From Candidatus Dadabacteria bacterium (GTDB taxonomy: Bacteria > Desulfobacterota_D > UBA1144 > Nemesobacterales > CSP1-2), in the NCBI GenBank assembly GCA_963805855.1, contig CAWDVW010000006.1:160001-224000 (forward strand): 64,000 bases of DNA, written 5' to 3'. The first letter of the stretch is position 1; the number at the start of each line of letters is the position of its first letter. The notes beneath the pieces were generated by a model. The model saw only the letters and a program-made list of their open reading frames with translations, was not told the origin of the DNA and did not search any database. Made by a program: the position numbers and the translations under genes. Shown here one piece after another: positions 19,291-27,308 of this stretch.

Positions 19291-19324
19291 AACAACCATG
19301 ATTTCACCTGTCAGAGGGTGTGAG
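19291..19324. repeat. island motif Q, copy 2
   Basis: AACAACCATGATTTCACCTGTCAGAGGGTGTGAG. Confidence 0.85.
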
Positions 19325-19471
19325 GTGTAGAAACCCACTGTTAGCGGGCATACGCTTTTATGACCAAGAGCCTAGGGAGCCGTGTGACTCCCTCCGCCTT
19401 GGGTTATACGTTTCTCGCTGGTGCAGGTGGGTGCATGCTGGTTTGGGCTACCACTCAGACGACCTGGATTA

Positions 19472-19990
19472 TCACGGCGTGAGCGTAGGTGAAGGCTCGC
19501 AACTGTATGATGCTTGTGCAGGGTCGATTTGGACGATGTTCTTCTGAGCCAGTTCGGTTGTGTACTGCGCTAGTCGGCATAGACACGTCTCAAATTGGGC
19601 TTCAGAAGTGCCGTTTGATTCGGGTTGGACGTCGCAGAACGGTGGTGCATTCCCGAGCGTGAAGGCTACGGAGCACCCTAGGCTGCTGCCATCGCGTATC
19701 GCGGTATTGGCGAACCTGTTCCCGTCGCCCACTGGCTGGGATAATGCACAACCATCAGATGGTAGCGAGTCGCATTGGGATGATGTGCAGTTGTCGAAGT
19801 CGATATTCTCGCAACTGCAAAATACGCCTCCCCAGCAATCTGTGGTCATGGGTACCTTGAAGTAGTCGCATGGGCACTCTGCTACTGCAGCGAGCTCGGC
19901 ACATGGGTCGCCGCCACCGCCATCACCATCACATCCAATGCCTACAGCTAGCAGAAATAGTAACGCTAAGAATATCTTATGAGGCTTCAT
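19472..19990 (-). CDS. Cys-rich lipoprotein
   Basis: Lipobox AVGIGC, Gly-rich linker, many Cys; G-rich RBS. Confidence 0.75.
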   Translation of the reverse strand: MKPHKIFLALLFLLAVGIGCDGDGGGGDPCAELAAVAECPCDYFKVPMTTDCWGGVFCSCENIDFDNCTSSQCDSLPSDGCALSQPVGDGNRFANTAIRDGSSLGCSVAFTLGNAPPFCDVQPESNGTSEAQFETCLCRLAQYTTELAQKNIVQIDPAQASYSCEPSPTLTP

Positions 19991-20086
19991 AATATCCCCC
20001 CCCCTTACGATTTTATTTGAGTAATACGCCTGACAGCACTTGGCAACTTTATCATATGTTTGATGCGAAATGCAAGGATATTATGA

Positions 20087-20120
20087 TTCCAACTTAAACC
20101 GCCGTTGACAAAAGGGGAGC
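20087..20120 (+). repeat. island site R, copy E (3'-truncated, fused to integrase remnant)
   Basis: TTCCAACTTAAACCGCCGTTGACAAAAGGGGAGC. Confidence 0.8.
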
Positions 20121-20127
20121 AGGATAG

Positions 20128-20418
20128 GCAATAAAAGAAGCCGGTGTTAAATGCACCTTCCACAGTTTAAGACATACATTCGCAAGCAACCTGGTTACAC
20201 GCTTGAAAGAGGATATGGTAACGGTAATGGAGTTAACCGGACATAAAGATATTAGGATGCTAAAACGATATAGCCATACAAAAAAAGAGCTAAAAAAAGA
20301 GGCTATGTCAACATTGGGGAATCATCTAAAATCCCTCGATTTGGATACATCCATAGACACCTCCTCGGACACCTCTACAGGTGACAAGATTTTCACCAAA
20401 TTATCTGTTATATCTTAA
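20128..20418 (+). pseudogene. C-terminal fragment of phage-type tyrosine integrase
   Basis: AIKEAGVKCTFHSLRHTFASNLV...LTGHKDIRMLKRYSH contains HxxRH, GH and the catalytic Y; N-terminal region absent. Confidence 0.9.
20342..20375 (+). repeat. three tandem 12-bp-period repeats, likely integrase arm-type sites
   Basis: TGGATACATC-CA-TAGACACCTC-CT-CGGACACCTC, 70 bp from the tRNA 3' end. Confidence 0.55.
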
Positions 20419-20444
20419 CTTCCTGTTATCAATTGGAAATATGG

Positions 20445-20522
20445 TGGCGTCCCCGAGGGGATTTGAACCCCTGTTACCGCCTTGAAAGGGCGATGTCCTA
20501 GGCCAGGCTAGACGACGGGGAC
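20445..20522 (-). tRNA. tRNA-Glu(TTC)
   Basis: GTCCCCG...CT-TTC-AA...GGTTCAAATCCCCTCGGGGACGCCA cloverleaf with encoded CCA. Confidence 0.97.
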
Positions 20523-20527
20523 GGGAG

Positions 20528-20601
20528 TGAGCCGTGCAGGATTCGAACCTGCGACCCACTGCTTAAAAGGCAGTTGCTCTACCTAGCTGAGCTAACGGCT
20601 C
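20528..20601 (-). tRNA. tRNA-Lys(TTT)
   Basis: GAGCCGTTAGCTCAG...ACTGC-CTTTTAA-GCAGT...GGTTCGAATCCTGCACGGCTCA; CCA not encoded. Confidence 0.97.
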
Positions 20602-20616
20602 ACAGGTAAATGTCAA

Positions 20617-20644
20617 AATATATCACTTTTGAACCCTTTGTCAA
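20617..20644 (-). promoter_or_regulatory. sigma70 promoter of the tRNA operon
   Basis: TTGACA-N16-TATATT. Confidence 0.65.
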
Positions 20645-20718
20645 AAAGTTGCGTTTTCTCTTTTCTCGTTATAATTGTACGGTGTTAATGTTCATTCAAT
20701 TGAATTTGAAGAAATAAT

Positions 20719-21877
20719 ATGGTCCTGGATTTAGATCGGAATCAGTTTAAGAACTTTTCATTGATTATCACATCCAGTTTTCTGTTTTTCTGTAATTTTT
20801 CTTCCTTTTTTCTTTTGCCTCTATTTATAAAAAGCCTGGGAGGGAATGAAAGAAACATAGGCTTTGTGATGGGTTCATTTGGAATCACGTCCATAGGGTC
20901 TATCCCTATCGTTTCCTACTTATTAGACAAATATGGAAGGCGTAAATTCCTTGTGCTCGGGAGTTTAGTTATGAGTTTGTCTTCATTTGGCTTCATTTTC
21001 ATAAAAGATCTAAGCCCTCTTCTATATGTATTCAGATTATTTCAGGGGATTGGTTTTGCTTTCTTTTTCACTTCTGCGGCTACCGCCGCGGTAGATGTAA
21101 TACCTGAATCGAGAAGGGGCCAGGGTCTCGGAATATTTGGGGCATTTCTTATTTTAACCTATGCCATAGGTCCGAGTATTGGTGAATTGGTCATTGATAA
21201 ATTTGGATTTAGTCTGTTTTTTATAATCACATCATCATTCAGCCTAGCTGCTACCTTCTCTGTTTTTTTTATAAGGGATGTTGCATTTAAACGATCGACA
21301 GACACAAATGCACTCCGTTTTTTTTACCTCGCATTCTCCAAGAGATACTTTGTATTACTACTTACCAATATAATCGCAGCAAGCGGCTTTGGCTCTGTAC
21401 TATACTTCATATCGGTATACCTAAAATCCAAGGGGTTGAATGTCTCTTATTTCTTCGTTACCTATACCATTACCGTTGCAGCTTTGAGGATTTTAGGCGG
21501 TAGAATCTCTGACGTCTTTGGAAGGAAGGGTGTAGCATCTCCGAGCCTGTTTCTATTTTCACTGGCGATAGCATCGGTTGCCTTAATAAATTCGGTATAT
21601 ATGATTGTTCTGGTCTCAGTATTATTCAGTGTCGGATATGGAATGTTATATCCAACGCTCAGCGCCCTTGTCATTGATAAGTCATGGGCCGGACGAAAGG
21701 GGAAAGGCAATGGGCGCTTATAATGCGAGCTTCAGCATGGGTGTTAATTTTCCAACGTTTGCCTTTGGTATAATTGCTAAAAATTGGGGTTTTGTTGATA
21801 TGTACCTTATATCGGCATTCATTGTTTTCGTAGGGTTTTTAATATTCACCTTTTTTGAAGCCAAGCGGTACTCTTGA
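20719..21877 (+). CDS. MFS transporter (one apparent frameshift at ~21686)
   Basis: DKYGRRK and SDVFGRK motif A; the C-terminus GPDERGKAMGAYNA is in the shifted frame. Confidence 0.85.
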
Positions 21878-21911
21878 AAAATAATTTGTTTTATTTACTC
21901 TTGCGGGTGCA

Positions 21912-22679
21912 ATGAAGATAAAAACTGGCGATTGCGTGCTTCTATTATCCTCGGATAACAAAACCTTCCTGGTTGATATAAGGGATGGGAAGGTTTTCAG
22001 CACCCATTTGGGGACCCTTAAACTTGGTGATGCGATTGGTAAGGGTTATGGAGAGGTTATACAAACACAATTGGGTAAACGGTTTTTCCTGCTCGATCCG
22101 ACCCTGGAAGACAGGATGATGAAGGCAAGGAGGCTTACTCAGATAATCTATCCCAAGGATGCCGCTTTAATACTTCTGAAGACCGGGATTCTTTCGGGAT
22201 ACCGGGTTATTGAGTGTGGTGTAGGCTCGGGTGTGCTAACCATGGCTTTGTCTAATGCTGTCTCTCCGGATGGGAGAATATATTCATACGATAGGAGAGA
22301 AGATTTTTTGGATAATGCAAAAAGAAATGTCACAGAGGCAGGATTTGGGGAATTGGTCGAATTTAAATTGAGGGATGTTAACGACGGCTTTGATGAAACT
22401 GATGTTGACGTTGTTATACTGGATTTACCGTCTCCATGGGAGGGCGTTCCCTCTGCTGCTAGGTCGATCAGGGGTGGTGGAAGGATAGCTAGTTTATCAC
22501 CCACGTTCAACCAGGTTGAAAAGACGGTTGAAAGCCTGACCAACGAAGGGTTTATCAACCTAGAGAGTCTTGAGATTCTGATACGCAAATTCCTGGTTCG
22601 TTCTGGGAAGACCAGACCTTTTGAAAGGATGGTAAGCCATACGGGGTTTTTAACATTTGGGAGGAAAGCTATTGTGTAG
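21912..22679 (+). CDS. trmI: tRNA (adenine-58-N1)-methyltransferase
   Basis: TQIIYPKD, ECGVGSG, ILDLPSPW, MVSHTGFL. Confidence 0.92.
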   Translation: MKIKTGDCVLLLSSDNKTFLVDIRDGKVFSTHLGTLKLGDAIGKGYGEVIQTQLGKRFFLLDPTLEDRMMKARRLTQIIYPKDAALILLKTGILSGYRVIECGVGSGVLTMALSNAVSPDGRIYSYDRREDFLDNAKRNVTEAGFGELVEFKLRDVNDGFDETDVDVVILDLPSPWEGVPSAARSIRGGGRIASLSPTFNQVEKTVESLTNEGFINLESLEILIRKFLVRSGKTRPFERMVSHTGFLTFGRKAIV

Positions 22680-22804
22680 CAAATACCGGCTTATTTAATA
22701 TTTAACTTTTGGGCACTACTGTAAATCTTAGATAATTCGTGGATAAGATTCTTACAATTTGATGAGACTTTCTGAGAATCAAAAGGGCTTGAACGGCATT
22801 CCAA

Positions 22805-22848
22805 GTCCTGACGAAAACCAGGATCTATTCAGTATCAAGACAAAGAAG
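22805..22848. repeat. intergenic repeat; inverted copy at ~27023-27065, partial copy at ~4790
   Basis: GTCCTGACGAAAA(C/T)CAGGATCTATTCAGTATCAAGACAAAGAA. Confidence 0.75.
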
Positions 22849-23067
22849 TTGGAAAGAAAAGTAAGATGATTGACGAAAATACTTTTAAAGATTCTTCCTT
22901 GAAATATCTGGCTTTTAGAACTACGACATATCTTAGGTCTAATATGGAGCTATCCCTACAAAATTTTTTGATTAGATACCGCAGTAATAAAGGGTATAAA
23001 AATTTTTTAATCAAGTTATAATGTACATTCTGATTTTCAAATCTTTCGAAATTGTGAGGTAATATTG

Positions 23068-24267
23068 ATGAGTTTTACCGATCAGATTAATAAACTTCTG
23101 GAATTCAGGGACGAGAAATATCCCATTACGTCACTTTATCTGAAATTGGGCCCAGCAGAGAGAGAGAATTTCAAGTATAGAATAATCCTTAAAAACCTGA
23201 TTAAAGAGCAGAGGGATACTCTTACTAAGTCAGGTTTAAATAAGGAATCGATTGAATCTGTCGACTCGGATTTTAAAAAGATCTTGAATCATATCGAGAT
23301 TAGTTCAAATATCACAGCCTGCGGAGGGGTGGCGATCTTTTCTTGCGCTGGCGCCGAGTTCTTCGATGTATTCAAACTCCCCTTAGTCTACAGAAGTCGA
23401 CTGGTGGTTGGCAGGTCTCCACTTACGCGACAGCTGTTCAGGATAAACGATGAGTTCGGCGATATCGCTATTGTTCTGGTCGATCGAAAGAAGGCAAGGC
23501 TATTCAGGATTAGTTCGAACAGGGCTGAAGAGATACGTGGCTACCTTTATCCCGAATCCGCGAGAACAACGAAGTTCCAGTCCCAGGAAGGTACTTTTAG
23601 GCAAAGGGTATCAACTTCTGCTGGTGGAGAAGGGGTAGCGCAGGGTTACGGTGAATACAGTTTTCAGAGGATGATTGAGAATGAATTGCATCAACATTTT
23701 AAAAACGTATCTGAGAAACTATTTGAATATTATAAAGATAACAAATTCGAATGGTTGATTATAGGAGGAGCAGAGCAGATTAGAGCCGATTTTTCAAATC
23801 ATCTTCATACCTATCTCAGAGAGAGGGAGCTCGGAACAATTACAGTGGATGTTGAGTCTGTTAAACCCGATATCCTCGTTGAAGAGTCTCTGGATCTCCT
23901 GGAAACAATGAGATCAGAAAAACAAAAGAGATTGATTGAAGAATTCGAAGAAAAGCTTGGCTCAAGGCTTGCTTTTAACGGGTTGGAACCTACTTTGAGG
24001 GCACTGATGAGGGGACAGGCCAGAATATTATTGGTTTCAGATGGTTTTAACAGAGAAGGGTATAAATGTCCGGATTCTGGTTTTCTAATATTGGAGGAAA
24101 GGGAAGGTCTTTGTCCTGAAGGCGTAAAGCCATTACGTGTTATTGACATCGTTGATGAGGCGATCGAGGAGGCCCTGGGACAAAAGGCCGAAGTTGAAAT
24201 AGTAGTTGATCAGGAACTTAAGAAGAAGATTCAGGGACTAGGTGCGATTCTACGATATACGAGTTGA
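23068..24267 (+). CDS. bacterial archaeo-eukaryotic release factor (baeRF1/eRF1-like) protein
   Basis: ITSLYL, IVLVDRKKARLF, LIIGG, C-terminal eRF1_3 domain ending GLGAILRY. Confidence 0.85.
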   Translation: MSFTDQINKLLEFRDEKYPITSLYLKLGPAERENFKYRIILKNLIKEQRDTLTKSGLNKESIESVDSDFKKILNHIEISSNITACGGVAIFSCAGAEFFDVFKLPLVYRSRLVVGRSPLTRQLFRINDEFGDIAIVLVDRKKARLFRISSNRAEEIRGYLYPESARTTKFQSQEGTFRQRVSTSAGGEGVAQGYGEYSFQRMIENELHQHFKNVSEKLFEYYKDNKFEWLIIGGAEQIRADFSNHLHTYLRERELGTITVDVESVKPDILVEESLDLLETMRSEKQKRLIEEFEEKLGSRLAFNGLEPTLRALMRGQARILLVSDGFNREGYKCPDSGFLILEEREGLCPEGVKPLRVIDIVDEAIEEALGQKAEVEIVVDQELKKKIQGLGAILRYTS

Positions 24268-24342
24268 TATGTAATTTAAATATAATTAAGTAGTTAAAAT
24301 TAGATTTGGAAATAAGTTAAAGTAAAACATGAAGCCGTGACC

Positions 24343-24678
24343 TCAAATATTTCTCAGGTCTACCACCAAGCTTCTTCCATTATCGAAGAGTTCGTTGAAC
24401 CTGCTTCTACTGGTGGTAACCATGACGATCCTTGGTCTAGCTCCGGGATGGGGTAAGTCTGCAAGGGCTGCATCCTCTGTAGCATATAATCTGTTTGCAT
24501 AGTGCTTCTTTTCTGCTTGCGATGCGCGCCTACCCCGGGCAGATTGGAGGAATACCTCACGGGTCCCCTGTGTTTCCGTCTCACTTTCAGAATCACATGA
24601 AATCCCTACAAGGCTGATAGCGGCAAAAGAACCGCTTAGCAGTATAAAATCGCGTCTTGTTAATCTAGTCTGTGACAT
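24343..24678 (-). CDS. Tat-exported lipoprotein, hypothetical
   Basis: TRRDFI twin-arginine motif, lipobox GISC. Confidence 0.75.
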   Translation of the reverse strand: MSQTRLTRRDFILLSGSFAAISLVGISCDSESETETQGTREVFLQSARGRRASQAEKKHYANRLYATEDAALADLPHPGARPRIVMVTTSRSRFNELFDNGRSLVVDLRNI

Positions 24679-24698
24679 TTAGCGTTATTTTCTTTTTT

Positions 24699-24952
24699 GG
24701 GCAGGGGGAAGTGCCGTTTTCCCCGCCAGTTCGGTCATGCAGCTTACCACATCACCGGCCCAGACTTTGCGACAGGACCTAACCAACGGTGCTGGCAACA
24801 CGTTTTACCCTCCGCAAAACGTCTTCCAGGCCTACTAGGCGCTCCGCCCTTGCTTTCTGTTTTCCTTTTCATCGTACTCTCCTACTCACAGGTGCTTTGC
24901 CACCCACTCAGCCAGTTTCTTCCTACCAGCCGCACTCCCGTCCTTTCTGCAC
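24699..24952 (-). ncRNA. candidate structured RNA or long leader (may encode a 42-aa ORF at 24744-24872)
   Basis: GC-rich segment downstream of a near-consensus promoter; 5'/3' complementarity (GCAG..GGGAGTGC / GCACTTCC..CTGC); hairpin ACGTTTTGC-GGAGG-GTAAAACGT. Confidence 0.45.
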
Positions 24953-24957
24953 TTTTC

Positions 24958-24986
24958 TTTATATCAAAAAGAAATAGTTATGTCAA
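24958..24986 (-). promoter_or_regulatory. near-consensus sigma70 promoter
   Basis: TTGACA-N17-TATAAA. Confidence 0.75.
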
Positions 24987-25215
24987 GGATTTTTTTTGTT
25001 TTTTTCAATAGAAAATGGATTCTAACTATATGTTCACTAAAGTCAGGTGAGATATGATTTATTTGAAAACCGGCTGTAAAATTTAATTGTTAGGTATTTG
25101 TCGATCTTGGGATACTGGTGAAACTCCCTGAAAGAAGCTTCAGGGTATCATAATAGAGACTGATGGTTGCAGATGTCTGCGAGGAGCCCTGAACTTAGGC
25201 GAAGTATTCGGCATG

Positions 25216-25358
25216 AGAACTTTTTCCTGTCATCTCGAATACTTCGCTGAACTCAGCATAAACTCCTGTGAGAGATCTGGTAGTTAACTCAGTCAAAACA
25301 AAGAGAAAGGAAAGATTTCTCTCTTCGTTCGAAATGACAGATGGTATTCGAAATGACA
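25216..25358. repeat. REP/REPIN-like palindromic element (GTCATCTCGAA...TTCGAAATGAC family)
   Basis: Inverted arms; second copy at 27069-27194, degenerate copy at ~4660-4735. Confidence 0.75.
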
Positions 25359-25522
25359 AGACTAGTTGCAATGAAGCGGAAGGGAAATGGGATCGCTTGA
25401 CGGATCCTGCACTGGGGAAATCGAAGGTGTGTAGCAATGACGGACGAGCAGAAACCCTGTATGTAGCGAGCTACGGGGAATTCGATAGTCAAAGATTTGG
25501 TTTAAGCAAAGATTAAGCATAA

Positions 25523-26356
25523 ATGTCTATACAGATGAGATTCATAAAGTGGGTCAAAAGTAGTAGCAAAGTCCGATATTCCGTCGCCATATTTTTACTC
25601 CTGATATTGGGGTTCCTATTTTTTATAGCTGATCTGAGTGGCGATGATGTATACAGAGTAAAGAGTGTAATCGATGGAGACACCATAGTGCTTGAAGATA
25701 TTTCAAGCACCAACGTGAGATATTTGGGTATAGACTCGCCCGAAGTGCAGTCTTTGGATGGCCCTGGGGATCCGCTTTCAGACGAAGCCAGAAAACTTAA
25801 TAAAAATTTGGTTGATGGGAAAAGAATCCGGCTGGAATTTGATAGTGAAAGATTCGATCCCTATGGGAGAACACTCGCATACGTTTTTGTTGATGACATC
25901 TTTGTGAATGAACAATTATTGAGGAGCGGCCTTGCAAAAGCCTTACTCATCAAGCCAAATGAAAAGTATGCTGAAAGATTACTAAAAGCAGAAAAGGAGG
26001 CTAAAGATCTAAGAAGAGGAATTTGGGGGGATCTTTCAAGCTTAAAGTTTCCCCAGGGAAACAGTGATTTTGTTATAAAACCTGCCAGCGCTACGAGACA
26101 TATAGATCAGCGAGTGGTCGTCAGAGGTAAAATCACCAATTTTAGGAAGTCAGAGAAGGTGTTAGTTTTGAAGATGGAAGATGTGCTTGATATCGTACTA
26201 TTCCCTGATAGTTTGAGTAATTTCAGTTTTTTCAATATTATTCCTGAAGACTATTATTTAGGTAAGCCTGTCGAGGTGATAGGCAAAATAAGGATGTACA
26301 GGGGGAGGCCTAACATAATAATCAGTCACCCGATGTCGATAAGGGCTTTAATGTGA
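25523..26356 (+). CDS. thermonuclease (SNase) family protein with C-terminal OB-fold
   Basis: VIDGDTI, VRYLGIDSPE, DPYGRTLAYV, RRGIW. Confidence 0.9.
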   Translation: MSIQMRFIKWVKSSSKVRYSVAIFLLLILGFLFFIADLSGDDVYRVKSVIDGDTIVLEDISSTNVRYLGIDSPEVQSLDGPGDPLSDEARKLNKNLVDGKRIRLEFDSERFDPYGRTLAYVFVDDIFVNEQLLRSGLAKALLIKPNEKYAERLLKAEKEAKDLRRGIWGDLSSLKFPQGNSDFVIKPASATRHIDQRVVVRGKITNFRKSEKVLVLKMEDVLDIVLFPDSLSNFSFFNIIPEDYYLGKPVEVIGKIRMYRGRPNIIISHPMSIRALM

Positions 26357-27000
26357 ATGCCAGAGAGCTATTGATCTCAGGAGCGAATGAGTTAGATATC
26401 ACTCTCTCCGCCGAGCAGACCCAACTCTTTCTTACTTATTTGCATATCCTTCAGGCCTGGAACGAAAAGATCAATCTTACATCAATTAAGGATGAGAAGG
26501 AGATAGTGATAAGGCATTTCTTGGACTCATTAACAATTTTTCACCATATAGAAAAAGAATCGAGGGTCCTGGATATAGGATCGGGCGCCGGCTTCCCTTG
26601 TATCCCTCTTAAAATAGTAGATCCTTCAATTGAGATAACACTTCTCGATTCAACCCAGAAAAAGGTATATTTTATCAAAGAAGTAATCAGAAAGCTAAGG
26701 CTTGAGGGGATCGATGCGGTATGCGCCAGGGCTGAATCAGAGGAAAACGGGGTTCAGAGGAATTATTATGACTTTGTGATTTCCAGGGCCGTAGGGACCG
26801 TCGATAAACTTGTTGAAATAAGCAAACCCTATTTAGCTGATCACGGGAAAATTATTCTCATGCGCGGGAAAAGCGGATTGGAGGAATGGTCGAATTCAAG
26901 GGTTGTTTCAAAGAATTTCAGGTTACTAAAGTTTAGTGATTTAGTGCTTCCATATTCAAGACGAAGGAGGGTGATACTAGTGGTAGGTCGATGGCCTTAA
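26353..27000 (+). CDS. rsmG: 16S rRNA m7G527 methyltransferase
   Basis: WNEKINLTS, RHFLDSL, DIGSGAGFP, ISRAV. Confidence 0.93.
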   Translation: MNARELLISGANELDITLSAEQTQLFLTYLHILQAWNEKINLTSIKDEKEIVIRHFLDSLTIFHHIEKESRVLDIGSGAGFPCIPLKIVDPSIEITLLDSTQKKVYFIKEVIRKLRLEGIDAVCARAESEENGVQRNYYDFVISRAVGTVDKLVEISKPYLADHGKIILMRGKSGLEEWSNSRVVSKNFRLLKFSDLVLPYSRRRRVILVVGRWP

Positions 27001-27068
27001 CATACGTTTCATTTTCTTTTTTTTCTTTGTCTTGATACTGAATAGATCCTGATTTTCGTCAGGACATC

Positions 27069-27194
27069 AGAACTTTTTCCTGTCATCTCGAACGCATGTG
27101 AGAGATCTAGTAGTTAAGTCGGTAAAAGCAAAAGACAAAGGAAAGATTTCTCATGGAACGTGTACTGAGCTTAGCCGAAGTATTCGAAATGACA
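27069..27194. repeat. REP/REPIN-like palindromic element, copy 2
   Basis: Aligns with 25216-25339. Confidence 0.75.
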
Positions 27195-27308
27195 TGACGG
27201 ACTGTTCGCTCAAGTAACGATATCCTTCTGCTTGCAGCGGGGTTATTCGTTAGATATGTTGAATGGGATAACCAATACTTTAATCATTCAAAGTTGAAGG
27301 GGTGTCTT

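Noticed and set aside
10399-20120. Site R as a CRISPR repeat
   Set aside because: Spacing is 0.55-5.3 kb and irregular, copies are diverged, and there are no cas genes in the window.
10399-20120. Site R as integron attC or Xer dif/pdif
   Set aside because: No RYYYAAC...GTTRRRY palindrome and no 11-6-11 arms with TTATGTTAAAT. The adjacent integrase remnant is phage-type with nothing pointing to IntI.
4480-20444. Direct repeat of the tRNA-Glu 3' end defining the distal att site
   Set aside because: No TGGCGTCCCCGAG copy found by eye, so the left island boundary is undefined.
20442-20447. CCACCA at the tRNA-Glu 3' end as a degradation tag
   Set aside because: The acceptor stem is fully paired and starts GU rather than GG. 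The second CCA is probably just trailer sequence.
24699-24952. RNase P, tmRNA or group II intron identity for the candidate RNA
   Set aside because: It lacks GAGGAAAGUCC, the tRNA-like ends with CCA, and a domain V hairpin.
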